A stretch of 64,000 nucleotides of DNA from Candidatus Magasanikiibacteriota bacterium (GTDB lineage: Bacteria; Patescibacteriota; Patescibacteriia; Magasanikbacterales; UBA922): positions 45,434 through 109,433 of the forward strand of contig JAKITS010000001.1 in assembly GCA_021648085.1 (NCBI GenBank), read 5' to 3'. Positions within the stretch are counted from its first letter, which is position 1; each line of letters begins with the position of its first letter. A model generated the notes under the pieces. That model made no database searches and was not told the DNA's origin. It was given only the letters and a program-made list of their open reading frames with translations. The position numbers and the translations under genes were made by a program. This document shows, piece after piece, positions 1 through 10,117 of this stretch.

Positions 1-1
1 T

Positions 2-985
2 TATTGGCGTTGGTATACAGAATTAACTTGGAAAAGATTAAACGCTTTACCAGAAGATGCGGTTGTAAATGTGGCAGTTGCTTTGCAAATTCCAATGGCA
101 CTCATGTTAAATTATGATGTTTGGGAAAGATTAATGTGGTATTTAGGATTAAGAACTTATGAAGAAAAAGAATTAGCAAGTCTTTATGTGAAAATTAGGG
201 ACGCTTTTATGAATTCAAGAGCGTTTTTGGGAAAAAGTAATGGAAAAGATTATGTAGTTCGTGATTTTGTGGAAAAAGTAAAAATTTTAGAAAGAAAAGA
301 TGAAGATAGTATCGAAACTGCAGAATTTTATGACAAAATTAGAACTATAATAAAAGAGCAGAGTTGTATTGTAAATAAGTATATAGAAGTTGATATAAAT
401 GATTTTATAAAAAGCTTAAGAAGTTTGGTTGCTTTTTTCCTGGGTGTTAAACCAGAAAATGCACCAAGTGTCGTAGAAATATTTATGTATCCAGAGTTAA
501 TAGAAGCCGCGGAAAAAACTGAAGAGTATCTTAAAAATTTAGAAGAAGAAAAAGAAGAAGTGTTAGAACCTAAAAAAGAAGAGGTTGTAGAAACTCCATT
601 TGTAGAAGAAAAACCAGCAGAAATTATTGAAGAATTAAAAGAGGAATTGGCTGTAGAAGAAAAAGTTGAACTTGAAAAAATAGAAGAAGTTCCTGTAGAA
701 AAAACTGTTGTGGAAGAAGCTTTAGTAGCTCCAGCTGAAGAAAAAGTCATTCCAACAAAAATCACAAAGCCTATTTTAGAAGAAAAGCCAGAAGAAAGTA
801 AAATGTCTTTGGAAGATATAAAAAAAATGATTGAGTCTAGGTTTGCAGATAAAGAGGGAAAAATAGAAAATATAGAAAGTGTGTTTACTTTGTTAAATTC
901 TATTGCAGATGATCAAAAAGATGAAAGTTTGCGAGAGCTGTATTATTTTGATGAAGAAAAAGGTGATTTTACTTGGAATATTTAA
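2..985 (+). CDS. Hypothetical protein with Glu/Lys-rich linker, 5'-truncated by the window edge
   Basis: Frame is open from position 2 (YWRWYTELTWKRL...) to the stop at 985; leads into the T4SS-like cluster. Confidence 0.75.
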   Translation, partial: YWRWYTELTWKRLNALPEDAVVNVAVALQIPMALMLNYDVWERLMWYLGLRTYEEKELASLYVKIRDAFMNSRAFLGKSNGKDYVVRDFVEKVKILERKDEDSIETAEFYDKIRTIIKEQSCIVNKYIEVDINDFIKSLRSLVAFFLGVKPENAPSVVEIFMYPELIEAAEKTEEYLKNLEEEKEEVLEPKKEEVVETPFVEEKPAEIIEELKEELAVEEKVELEKIEEVPVEKTVVEEALVAPAEEKVIPTKITKPILEEKPEESKMSLEDIKKMIESRFADKEGKIENIESVFTLLNSIADDQKDESLRELYYFDEEKGDFTWNI

Positions 986-994
986 TTTTTATAT

Positions 995-2686
995 ATGTCA
1001 CAAGGACCTACAATTTTGGTAAAAAAATCAGATGGAACTGCTGTCAAAATGACAATGGCTGAATTTAGGGAATATAAAAATGTTAAAAAAGAGGTAAAAC
1101 TAGAAGAGGTAAAAAATGATGGAATATCATCCCGAAAGATGAAGAAGGATTTTGAAGAAAAATTACCAAAAAAAGATAAGAAACAGTCAAAACCTGTAAA
1201 ACAAAAAAAGGAAGAGAAAAAAGGAAAACGCTATGAAAAAACTGGACTTATAAAACAGACCCCGCATGAATTGATGAAAAAAGAAGAAAATCTTCCTGCT
1301 GTTGTAGAGTTTGCAAAAAAAGAAATGAAAGTTCCAGCCAATTTGCCAATTTCCGAATTGATTAAAAAAGATATTGCAAAAAAAGAGGAGGAGAAAAAGA
1401 GTAAAATTTCAAAAAAAGAAGAAAATAAAGAGGTGAAAAAAATAGCAGATTTAATTGAAGATGAAATAACTGAGAATAAACCAGAACCAAAACCAGAACC
1501 AAAACCAGAACCAAAACCAGAACCAAAACCAGAACCAAAACCAGAACCAAAACCAGAACCAGAACCAAAACCAGAACCAAAACCAGAACCAAAACCAGAG
1601 AAAATAAAAGTGGAAGATGTTAGGGTTAAAAAAGAAGAAAATTATATTGAATTAGAAAAGGAAAAAAAGAAGAGTTTTCTAAAAGAAGATGAGGTTGTTG
1701 CTGAAAAAGTTTTGGAAGCAAAAAAAAGACAAGAAAAAAAACCATTAGCAGAGATTCCAAAAAAGAAATGGAGAGATAGTGACTATAAGTCACCGTTGGA
1801 TGAAGATTTGGGAAATATTTCTAACAATATAAATGATGGTGGTGCAGACAAAGAAGTTGTTGCGAATAGGGTAATTTCTAGTATGAATTTTAAAGTTGCA
1901 GACGATTTGCAAGGAAGACTTAGAACTTTAATACTTTCTAGATTGAAAGATGTAAGAGATGACGATCAGTTGAGAGAATATGCACAAAAAAAAGTTTTAG
2001 ATGGTGGTTTAGGTTTGAACGGTAAAAATACTGATGAATTAGTAAGGTTTGTTTCTGGAACAAAAAGAAGTCAGGAGGGTATTAATGTCGTAGAGTCTGC
2101 AGAAGAAAGTTTTTTGAAATCTGTGGGAAGTATTACAGAAAAACCATCAAAAACAGATGATGTAGTTTCTCAAATTATTGAAAAAGAAAAAACTAGATCT
2201 ACCGGATTACAAAAGCTTACAATCGCACAAATGGTAGGTGAGAAGAAAGAAGAAAAAACATCTGTTCAGGCTCCAGTAATTACAAAAATTTCTTCTATAA
2301 AAACAAACATAAAAAGTGATTTTGCACGCAAAAAACCAATGCACGATATAAAAAAAGTACAAGGTGGTGAAATTAGAATGGGGCCGGTGGACGAGATAAG
2401 AACATTTAAATCAGAAGATTTTCACAGATTGAACAAAGATGCAGGAAAAGCTATAGAAAAATTGTTGAATAAGGTGAGTGTCTTAAAAAGTAGTTCATTT
2501 TTACTTTATATGGATGCTGTAAAAGCTTGGTTGCAAAGTCCTTTTTATAAAAGTTATCAGGAAGTTTTGCTTGATGCGGTGAATAGCAACAGAAAAATAG
2601 AGGATGTTTTGAACGAAGATAGGCACAAGATTTCAGCAGAAGATTTCTATGTAGTTGTAAAAATTAACAAGAAAATAAAAATTTAA
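995..2686 (+). CDS. Hypothetical Lys/Glu-rich protein with (KPEP)n linker and folded C-terminal region, upstream of prgI
   Basis: 563-aa ORF in operon spacing; C-terminal 'LGLxxxxxDELV' and 'MGPVDEIRTF..DFHRL' segments. Confidence 0.8.
   Translation: MSQGPTILVKKSDGTAVKMTMAEFREYKNVKKEVKLEEVKNDGISSRKMKKDFEEKLPKKDKKQSKPVKQKKEEKKGKRYEKTGLIKQTPHELMKKEENLPAVVEFAKKEMKVPANLPISELIKKDIAKKEEEKKSKISKKEENKEVKKIADLIEDEITENKPEPKPEPKPEPKPEPKPEPKPEPKPEPEPKPEPKPEPKPEKIKVEDVRVKKEENYIELEKEKKKSFLKEDEVVAEKVLEAKKRQEKKPLAEIPKKKWRDSDYKSPLDEDLGNISNNINDGGADKEVVANRVISSMNFKVADDLQGRLRTLILSRLKDVRDDDQLREYAQKKVLDGGLGLNGKNTDELVRFVSGTKRSQEGINVVESAEESFLKSVGSITEKPSKTDDVVSQIIEKEKTRSTGLQKLTIAQMVGEKKEEKTSVQAPVITKISSIKTNIKSDFARKKPMHDIKKVQGGEIRMGPVDEIRTFKSEDFHRLNKDAGKAIEKLLNKVSVLKSSSFLLYMDAVKAWLQSPFYKSYQEVLLDAVNSNRKIEDVLNEDRHKISAEDFYVVVKINKKIKI
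1478..1600 (+). repeat. 12-bp coding tandem repeat AAACCAGAACCA (~10 copies) encoding KPEP
   Basis: Directly visible tandem array with one EPEP variant. Confidence 0.95.
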
Positions 2687-2742
2687 TAAAATAATATTCT
2701 TAACTTAATTCTTAAATCATAATTCCTAGTCCTAAATATAAT

Positions 2743-3174
2743 ATGCCCCAGCAATTTGTAGTCCCACAATTTATAGATGTAGAAGACAAAATTTTTGGTC
2801 CAGTCACAACTAGACAATTCTTGATTTTGTTGGTGACTGCACTGATACTTTTTATTATTTTTAAACTTGCTGATATTGTTTTATTTGGTTTGCTAACTTT
2901 ACTTTTGGGTGGTTTTTCACTCGTTGTGGCTTTTGTAAAAGTAAATGGTCAGGCTTTTCATTATTTTATATTAAATATTTTTCAAACACTAAAAAAGCCT
3001 GGGTTGCGTGTGTGGAAAAAAGATTATTCAAAAGAAGATTTGGAATATTTGAGAAAATTTGGAATGAAAGAAGAAATAGAAGAAGAGCAGAAAAAAGAAA
3101 TAACAACACATAGAAAAATTAGAGACCTATCCCTAATTGTAAACACGGGTGGGTTTTATAAAGGAGAAGAATAA
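2743..3174 (+). CDS. PrgI-family (VirB3-like) membrane protein
   Basis: N-terminal QFVVPQFIDVEDKIFGPVTTRQF motif plus two TM helices. Confidence 0.85.
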   Translation: MPQQFVVPQFIDVEDKIFGPVTTRQFLILLVTALILFIIFKLADIVLFGLLTLLLGGFSLVVAFVKVNGQAFHYFILNIFQTLKKPGLRVWKKDYSKEDLEYLRKFGMKEEIEEEQKKEITTHRKIRDLSLIVNTGGFYKGEE

Positions 3175-3176
3175 AT

Positions 3177-3860
3177 ATGGTTAAAAATAAAAAAAGTAAA
3201 AAAAGTAAAAAACCAGCAAGTCAGTCTTATCTTCCTATTGCACAGATAAAAGACGGTGTTGTTGTTTTGAAAGACGGGACAATGCGTTCTGTACTTTTGG
3301 TTTCAAGTATCAATTTTGCGCTTAAATCTGAAGATGAGCAAAATGCACTGATTTCTTCTTATGCTAGTTTTTTGAATTCTTTGGAATATCCTTTGCAGGT
3401 TGTAATTCAGTCTAGAAAATTGCAAATTCAGCCATATATAGAAAATTTGCTAAAAATGCAAAAAGAACAGACAAATGAATTGCTGAAAGCACAGATAGGT
3501 GACTACGGATCTTTTATAAGTGAATTGGTGGATATAGGAGAGATAATGTCCAAGCGTTTTTATGTGGTGGTTCCGTATGATCCGCTATCAAATAAGAAGA
3601 AAAGTTTTTGGTCTAGATTTCAAGAAGCTGTAAAACCGGTAACATCGATAAGGTTGAAAGGTGAGAGATTTGATAAAAGAAAAGAAGACTTGTCATCGCG
3701 CGTTCGGCAGGTAGTTTCTGGACTGGGAAGTATGGGCTTGCAGGTTGCGGAGCTAGATACACAGGCTTTGGTAGAGCTTTATTATTCAACATATAATCCT
3801 GATATAGCTTATGCGCAACAACTTCAGGATATAAATAAGATTCAAGTTGAACAGATTTAA
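3177..3860 (+). CDS. T4SS-associated protein (VirB4/TraC N-terminal-like partner)
   Basis: IKDGVVVLKDG..SSINFALKSEDEQ motif; lies between prgI and the VirB4 ATPase. Confidence 0.7.
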   Translation: MVKNKKSKKSKKPASQSYLPIAQIKDGVVVLKDGTMRSVLLVSSINFALKSEDEQNALISSYASFLNSLEYPLQVVIQSRKLQIQPYIENLLKMQKEQTNELLKAQIGDYGSFISELVDIGEIMSKRFYVVVPYDPLSNKKKSFWSRFQEAVKPVTSIRLKGERFDKRKEDLSSRVRQVVSGLGSMGLQVAELDTQALVELYYSTYNPDIAYAQQLQDINKIQVEQI

Positions 3861-3862
3861 CT

Positions 3863-5752
3863 ATGGCATTTAAACCAATTTCTACAAAACAAAAAAATAT
3901 TCCAGGACTCAAGAAAGGGGATAAGAAAACAGAAGAATTAAAAGTCCAAAAAGAGTTAGTTAGTCTGGAAGAAGAAAGAGTTTTTCGTTCTGGGACAGTT
4001 GCAATCAAAGACTTAATTGCACCTTCTGCATTCAAAGTTGATTCTAGTTTTTTGCAGTTGGGCGATGTATTTTTGAGAACTATTTTTGTAATTTCTTATC
4101 CAAGGTATATTGCAGTTGGTTGGAGTTCTCCTATTTTGAATATGAGCATTACCATGGATATCTCAATGTTTTTTTATCCTATAAAAGCGGAGATAATTTT
4201 GAAACAACTAAAGAAAAAAGTGGGAGCATTGCAGGCACAACTTAGCTCTGACAGAGAAAAAGGAGCACCAAGAGATCCACTGCGAGAAACAGCTTTGCGA
4301 GATATAGAAAAACTTAGAGATGATCTTACGCAAGGTGTTGAACATTTTTTCCAATTTGCATTTTATACTACAATTTATGCAAAAAGTAAAAAAGAATTAG
4401 ATAAATTGAGTGAAGATGTAGAAAGTGTTTTTGGTTCTACTTTGATATATAGTAAGCGTGTTTTGTACCAAGCAGAACAGGGATTCAATTCTACTGCACC
4501 ACTTGGAATAGATGAGCTGATGGTTGCATTCAATATGAATTCGTCTCCTATTGCATCATCATTTCCATTTATTTCTGCAGAGCTTACAAGTGATAATGGT
4601 GTACTTTATGGTATAAATAGACATAACAATAGTTTAATTCTTTTTGATAGATTTAGTCTACAAAATGCAAATATGGTTGTATTTGCAACATCTGGAGCTG
4701 GAAAATCATATGCAATTAAACTAGAGATTTTGCGTAGTATGATGTTTGGTACAGATGTGATTGTAATTGATCCGGAAATGGAATATAAACATTTGAATGA
4801 TGCGGTTGGTGGGACTTATATAAATATTTCTCTTTCCTCTGAAAGTAAAGTAAATCCATTTGATTTACCGAGACCTGTTGGGCAAAAGATTTCCACAGAA
4901 GATGTTGTTAGGAATGCAGTTATTACAATGAAAGGTCAGCTTAGAATAATGTTTGGTAAAATATCTCCGCAAGAAGATTCTGTTTTAGATAGAGCATTGA
5001 TAGAAACTTATGCTAAAAAAGACATAACAGCAGATTCAGACTTGGCGACAGTAGAGCCACCAATTATGCAGGATTTATTGGAAATTTTGGAAGGTATGGA
5101 AGGTGGAGAAAATTTGGTTTTGAAACTTCGTAAATACACAGAAGGAACTTTTTCAGGACTTTTCAATTCTCCAACTAATGTAAATGTAAATAACCAGCTT
5201 GTAATTTTTAGTGTGCGTGATTTAGAAGATGAATTAAGGCCGGTTGCTTTATATTCTCTTATAAATTATATTTGGAATGTTGTACGATCAGAAAGAAAGA
5301 AGAGATTGTTGATTATCGACGAGGCTTGGTGGCTTATGATGCACGAAGATAGTGCTAAATTTATCTTTGCACTTGTAAAAAGATGTAGAAAATATTATCT
5401 TGGAATTACTACAATTACACAAGATGTAAACGATTTTTTACGATCACCGTATGGACAATCTATTGTAAACAACTCTTCACTTCAGCTTTTACTCAAACAG
5501 TCTCCATCTGCAGTAAACTTAATACAAAAGACTTTTATGCTTACAGAAGGCGAAAAGTTTTTACTTTTGGAAAGTGCAGTTGGCGAGGGGATATTTTTTG
5601 CAGGTCTAAAGCATGCTGCCATTAAAATCGTAGCATCTTATACAGAAGATCAACTAATTACATCTGATCCAAAACAGCTTTTGGAAATTGAAAAATCCAA
5701 AAAAGAATATGAAGAAAAACTTCTGCAAGATAAAGGTGAAGAAACTAAATAA
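3863..5752 (+). CDS. virB4: VirB4/TraG-like P-loop ATPase (DUF87 family)
   Basis: Walker A ATSGAGKS, IVIDPEMEY, Walker B LLIIDEAW, KRCRKY..TITQ motif. Confidence 0.9.
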   Translation: MAFKPISTKQKNIPGLKKGDKKTEELKVQKELVSLEEERVFRSGTVAIKDLIAPSAFKVDSSFLQLGDVFLRTIFVISYPRYIAVGWSSPILNMSITMDISMFFYPIKAEIILKQLKKKVGALQAQLSSDREKGAPRDPLRETALRDIEKLRDDLTQGVEHFFQFAFYTTIYAKSKKELDKLSEDVESVFGSTLIYSKRVLYQAEQGFNSTAPLGIDELMVAFNMNSSPIASSFPFISAELTSDNGVLYGINRHNNSLILFDRFSLQNANMVVFATSGAGKSYAIKLEILRSMMFGTDVIVIDPEMEYKHLNDAVGGTYINISLSSESKVNPFDLPRPVGQKISTEDVVRNAVITMKGQLRIMFGKISPQEDSVLDRALIETYAKKDITADSDLATVEPPIMQDLLEILEGMEGGENLVLKLRKYTEGTFSGLFNSPTNVNVNNQLVIFSVRDLEDELRPVALYSLINYIWNVVRSERKKRLLIIDEAWWLMMHEDSAKFIFALVKRCRKYYLGITTITQDVNDFLRSPYGQSIVNNSSLQLLLKQSPSAVNLIQKTFMLTEGEKFLLLESAVGEGIFFAGLKHAAIKIVASYTEDQLITSDPKQLLEIEKSKKEYEEKLLQDKGEETK

Positions 5753-5757
5753 AATAT

Positions 5758-6324
5758 ATGGAAGATATTAGAAAAAGACTTTTAATTATAATAGGATTGG
5801 TTTCATTTACTGTTATTATTGTAGTTGTGATTATATTAGCCGTTACAGGAGGAGAAAACAAAGGCACTCAACAGGTGGAAGATCTGCAACAAGAAAATGT
5901 AGAAGAAATTTTTGAGATAGAAGAAGTGGTCAAACGAGCTCCAACTGTAGAAGATATGCCACCGCAAAATCCAGAAGAGGTGAGTGCAAAACAGACTGCG
6001 CGTCTTTTTGTAGAGAGGTTTCAGACTTATTCAAATCAAAACGATAATAAACATATAGATGATGTGATACATTTGGTCACAGATAGTATGGCTGTGTGGG
6101 TAAGAGCTCAAAAAGTAGACAAAAGTTTGGATTATGAGGGTGTTACAACTCAAATTTTAGCTAGCAATGTATCAAATTTGGAAAGTAGTAGTGTGACCGT
6201 AAATATAGAAGCACGACAGACAGTGGAAAATAGTGAAGGGGAGAATACAGAGCAAAAAAGTGGTAGAATAGAGCTTGTAAAGGTTTCTGGAGAGTGGAAA
6301 GTGAGTGGATTTTTTTGGGATTAA
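5758..6324 (+). CDS. Single-TM protein with NTF2-like (VirB8/TcpC-like) domain
   Basis: N-terminal TM; ARLFVERFQTYS helix; C-terminal LVKVSGEWKV strand; last gene of the cluster. Confidence 0.55.
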   Translation: MEDIRKRLLIIIGLVSFTVIIVVVIILAVTGGENKGTQQVEDLQQENVEEIFEIEEVVKRAPTVEDMPPQNPEEVSAKQTARLFVERFQTYSNQNDNKHIDDVIHLVTDSMAVWVRAQKVDKSLDYEGVTTQILASNVSNLESSSVTVNIEARQTVENSEGENTEQKSGRIELVKVSGEWKVSGFFWD

Positions 6325-6413
6325 AAAATCAAATTAAGCAAAACATAAAAAAGAGGGGAATCCTTCTTTTTTATATTTTGGTTTTTTCTAGCTTTTGACT
6401 TAATTTTAAAAAT

Positions 6414-6783
6414 ATATTATTTTGAGCAAAAAAAGTAGTCTCTTATTTAACTTGGACCGCGTCATATTGAGCGAAACGAAGTGGAGTCGAAATATCTCAA
6501 AAAAGTATAACCAGAATTATGAATATTTTATGTTCTTATGATTCTGTTTCGAGATCCATTCGACTTCATTCCGCTTTGCTACATTTCGCTCAGGATGACG
6601 TGAATATTTTACGTCATCCTGAGCGGAACGAAGTGGAGTCGAACGGATCCCTGTGCAGTATAACCAGAATATAAATAATTAAAATAAAACGTTAGTCCGT
6701 CTTTCTTTTTGTTCTTTGTTAATTGATAATTGCTAGTTTTGTGAAACTGTTTCGAGATCCTTCGGCTTCGCTCAAAATAATAT
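6414..6783. repeat. Cluster of four CGTC-type REP palindromes (6460-6498 +, 6550-6600 -, 6612-6650 +, 6753-6774 -) inside a 14-bp inverted repeat
   Basis: CGTCATCCTGAGCG...GGATCTCG consensus; ATATTATTTTGAGC (6414-6427) / GCTCAAAATAATAT (6770-6783). Confidence 0.85.
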
Positions 6784-6830
6784 CTTAAAAATCGAGTTTT
6801 TTACTTTATGAACTTTCGACTTAAATAAAT

Positions 6831-7532
6831 ATGCAATTTTTAGAGAAAATAAATAATTTTCTAAAGGAAACACTGTTTCCAATTTTTTGTTTGGGTTGTG
6901 ATACAGAAGGTAAGTGGATTTGCGACAATTGTAGATTTAGTTTTGATACAAATGGAATTTTTTTGTGTGCGGTTTGCAAAACACATACAGTTTTTGGAAA
7001 AACTTGCGATAAATGTAAGAAAAAGACAAATTTAGAATCTGTTTGTGCGGTTTTCAATTTCAAGAAAAATTTAAATGCTAGCAATCTGGTAAGTATATGG
7101 AAATATCAATACGCAGAAGAATTGGTAGAAAACATTGATAATTTTGCGCAAGAATTTGCTCGAAGTAATTTTTCTTTATTTTTAGAAATAGATGCGATTG
7201 TTCCAGTTCCACTTCATCCGCGTAGGTTTGCTGAGCGCGGTTTCAATCAGGCTGAAATAATAGCACAAAGTTTGTCAAAAGTTTTGGAAAAACCAGTTGT
7301 GAATTTGTTGAAAAGAAAAAGATATACAAAACAACAAGCAAAATTGAAAAAACACAAAAGAATAAAAAATGTTGTTGGAGCTTTTACCACGCAAAAAGAT
7401 TTTCAAAAATATAATAGAGTTTTGTTGGTGGATGATGTTTACACCACAGGTAGCACAATAAATGAATGCGCAAATGTTTTGCACAGTGGAGGTGTGCAAA
7501 CTGTGGATAGTTTTGTTCTTGTTCGTGGATAA
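6831..7532 (+). CDS. comF: ComF family competence protein (double zinc ribbon + PRTase)
   Basis: CxxC pairs, VPVPLHPRRFAERGFNQA, LLVDDVYTTGST. Confidence 0.93.
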   Translation: MQFLEKINNFLKETLFPIFCLGCDTEGKWICDNCRFSFDTNGIFLCAVCKTHTVFGKTCDKCKKKTNLESVCAVFNFKKNLNASNLVSIWKYQYAEELVENIDNFAQEFARSNFSLFLEIDAIVPVPLHPRRFAERGFNQAEIIAQSLSKVLEKPVVNLLKRKRYTKQQAKLKKHKRIKNVVGAFTTQKDFQKYNRVLLVDDVYTTGSTINECANVLHSGGVQTVDSFVLVRG

Positions 7533-7548
7533 AAAAATACATAAACTA

Positions 7549-7577
7549 TTGACAATTCATAAAATATTTGGTAAATT
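7549..7577 (+). promoter_or_regulatory. Sigma70-type promoter
   Basis: TTGACA-17 bp-TAAATT with extended -10 TG. Confidence 0.6.
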
Positions 7578-7621
7578 TATACTTCGTCGATCTTTATATA
7601 AACAAAAAAGGAGGTGTTAAA

Positions 7622-7939
7622 ATGAGTGAGCATTTGTACACAACTCACGAAGGTGATTTTTTGGTAGTTATGCTTGTAGGTGTAATACCTCTTTGTATTG
7701 CAGAGGTTGTAGAGTCTTACCCTTTAAAACTTAAAGTTTGTGAGATTGGACCTTTTGCCAATTTAACAAGATCTGATTTTATTATCCAACCAAAAGACAC
7801 AAAACTACTGCAAGATGATTACTTCAAAGGTACTGATATTTTTTTATCTTCTGTGTATGGTGTTGGCGGTAAGGTTTTGTCTGGTCTAAGATCTCTCGGG
7901 GCAGGAGGTCAAAAACTTTGGGAAATTTTGCCAATTTAA
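7622..7939 (+). CDS. Hypothetical protein (105 aa)
   Basis: ATG at 7622 preceded by GGAGGTG SD; own promoter and terminator hairpin (~7946-7976). Confidence 0.65.
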   Translation: MSEHLYTTHEGDFLVVMLVGVIPLCIAEVVESYPLKLKVCEIGPFANLTRSDFIIQPKDTKLLQDDYFKGTDIFLSSVYGVGGKVLSGLRSLGAGGQKLWEILPI

Positions 7940-8022
7940 AAATATAAACGATAGTTTTCCAAACTATCGTTTTTTTACTTCAATTAAAAAAACACCAAAT
8001 GAATGATGTTTCAGAGTGTTTA

Positions 8023-8307
8023 TTATTTTTGGTATTTTTTCCAAAAATAAGATCTTTTTATTGTAATTATCGCGAGTATTCCCCAAATTATAGTTATCAT
8101 CAAACGCATTGTTTGTGTTGTATCAAATAGAAATATTATTCCAGAAGATACAAATAATGCAATTAAATTTGTAATATGTATACCTTCAAATTTTGGATTG
8201 CTAGCTAGGTTTGCTTTTACAAAAGATAGTATAATTAGTAAGATTAGCAAAATAACAAGAATAGTATGAGTTAGTATTATTATTTGTTGAAACATGAATT
8301 TCCTCAC
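8023..8307 (-). CDS. Small hypothetical membrane protein (~3 TM)
   Basis: 94-aa hydrophobic ORF. Confidence 0.5.
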   Translation of the reverse strand: MRKFMFQQIIILTHTILVILLILLIILSFVKANLASNPKFEGIHITNLIALFVSSGIIFLFDTTQTMRLMITIIWGILAIITIKRSYFWKKYQK

Positions 8308-8778
8308 TGTCTATTCTTTAATTGAAATGAACCGCTTTTACTTTATATCTTTTTACTATTTTTGTCAATTAATAAGGTATATAAATAAATTATATGTCTT
8401 ATTTTAAATTTCAGTTCCAATAATAGTTTATCCTTCTCCAGTACGGATATTTTTTTTCTAGCCATTTTCTGGTTTTTGCAGTTAATTCTTGTTCTTTTTG
8501 GGGGGTAATCTTTGTGTTCTTTCACTATAATACTTTATGTTCTAAATATTATATTTTTTTAACCTTCTGCGGCAAGTATTATTAGTTTTCCTTTATTTTT
8601 GTAATTATTTTTTTCTCTAAAAAGATCTTTATATGTTCTATCTATTTTTATATTTTATAACAAATTTTAAATAAAAACAAAAACCAGCTTTTCAGCTGGT
8701 TTTTGTATTTGCGGAGAAGATTAAATAATATTAAAAAGCTAATTAGCTAAAATATATTATAAAAAATAAATAATTTAT

Positions 8779-9306
8779 TTATTTTTGTTTCAAAACCCGG
8801 TTTATTTCAGATGAAAGTTCTTTCCTTTCTTTTGAAGTTTGTTCGCGTATTTCATTTGCACGAAGTTTACCTGTATTTGGGTTTATTTGCAAGGCTGACG
8901 TAGTAAATGTCAAATCCCCTCCTCCAATATAATTAAAATAAGAATGTGCATTAGTGCTACCAGATTGATATATACCATCTGATATATCCATATAAACATC
9001 TAGATCAATTGTATCTCGTATGTTTTCCAATGCTCGAGATTTTTTTATTTCAGATAGTCTAAATACTGCATGTTCAACAAGTGGATGGTTTTCTTCAAGT
9101 TGAATGCCTGCATTTTTAAGTTTTTCTAAAATTTCTATTTTTAATTGTTCAAAAGAAGGAATATTTTCAAAAGCTTTCTCAATAATATCATTATACTCCT
9201 TTATGTCAATTGATTTATTAGTAAGAATTTCAGCTTCTTGGTCTAACATATCTTTTTTTGCTTCTTTTTGGGAAATAGGTTTTCCCATGCTTTCTTGTGT
9301 TACCAT
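8779..9306 (-). CDS. Hypothetical protein bracketed by a ~65-bp direct repeat
   Basis: 175-aa ORF; repeats at 8641-8710 and 9392-9460. Confidence 0.7.
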   Translation of the reverse strand: MVTQESMGKPISQKEAKKDMLDQEAEILTNKSIDIKEYNDIIEKAFENIPSFEQLKIEILEKLKNAGIQLEENHPLVEHAVFRLSEIKKSRALENIRDTIDLDVYMDISDGIYQSGSTNAHSYFNYIGGGDLTFTTSALQINPNTGKLRANEIREQTSKERKELSSEINRVLKQK

Positions 9307-9568
9307 ATGGCAATAAAATTAATTAATTAATAACGAAATTCTATATAAATTTCTACATTTAGTATACTATAATCTTTTTTTTTGCAAGTCTTCTATTTTT
9401 TCTTTATAACAAATTTTAAATAAAAACAAAAACCAGCTTTTTAGCTGATTTTTATTTTTACAAAAAGGACGGGATTCCTCTCACTCCGATTCGAGCATAA
9501 ATACTGCGCGTACTCGTATCCTTCTCATCCAGACACGAGTAAAGATTTTTACTCGTTCCCTTTCTTTG

Positions 9569-9658
9569 CGGAGAGGGCGGGATTCGAACCCGCGGTCCGG
9601 GAAATACCCGGACAACACATTAGCAGTGTGCCGCTTTCGACCACTCAGCCACCTCTCC
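9569..9658 (-). tRNA. tRNA-Ser(GCT)
   Basis: GGAGAGGTGGCTGAGTGGTCGAAAGCG..., anticodon arm GCACA-CT-GCT-AA-TGTGT, long variable arm, GGTTCGAATCC T-loop; CCA not encoded. Confidence 0.96.
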
Positions 9659-9685
9659 AGTATTTTTTGTTTTTTAAATTCTTGT

Positions 9686-9915
9686 GGAGAGAGTGGGATT
9701 CCTCTCGCTCCGACTCGAGCCTGGATACTGCGCGTACTCGTATCCTTCTCATCCCACACACGACACAAGACTTTGTGTCGCTTCTATCCTGCGGAGAGAG
9801 TGGGATTCCTCTCGCTCCGACTCGAGCCTGGATACTGCGCGTACTCGTATCCTTCTCATCCCACACACGACACAAGACTTTGTGTCGCTTCTATCCTGCG
9901 GAGAGAGTGGGATTC
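9686..9915 (-). repeat. Two 107-bp tandem repeats each ending in the 3' end of tRNA-Ser(TGA); related copy at 9467-9568
   Basis: GGAGAGAGTGGGATTC recurs at 9686, 9793 and 9900 (period 107). Confidence 0.93.
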
Positions 9916-9985
9916 GAACCCACGGAGGGCGCAAACCCTCAACGGTTTTCAAGACCGCCGCCTTCGACCACTCAGCCATCTCTCC
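9899..9985 (-). tRNA. tRNA-Ser(TGA)
   Basis: Anticodon arm GCGGT-CT-TGA-AA-ACCGT, long variable arm, GGTTCGAATCC T-loop. Confidence 0.96.
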
Positions 9986-10117
9986 AGTTTTATTTTTTAA
10001 AAATATTCAAACAATACGATAATAGTTTATCTTATTTTAAACAATAAGTCAATAGTTTTTATATTTTGTAAAAAACATAAAATATGATATAGTGATTGTA
10101 TATTCTTATATAAATCT

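Noticed and set aside
1362-1592. (VL)n hydrophobic ORF on the minus strand
   Set aside because: Antisense translation of the KPEP repeat
8343-8525. 60-aa minus-strand ORF
   Set aside because: Short, AT-rich, no motif; cannot be supported as a gene
8000-10000. Prophage or ICE at the tRNA-Ser genes
   Set aside because: att-like duplications enclose only ~100-750 bp and no integrase or phage gene is visible
9481-10047. Six overlapping ORFs in the ORF track
   Set aside because: They are shadows of two tRNA-Ser genes and the 107-bp repeats
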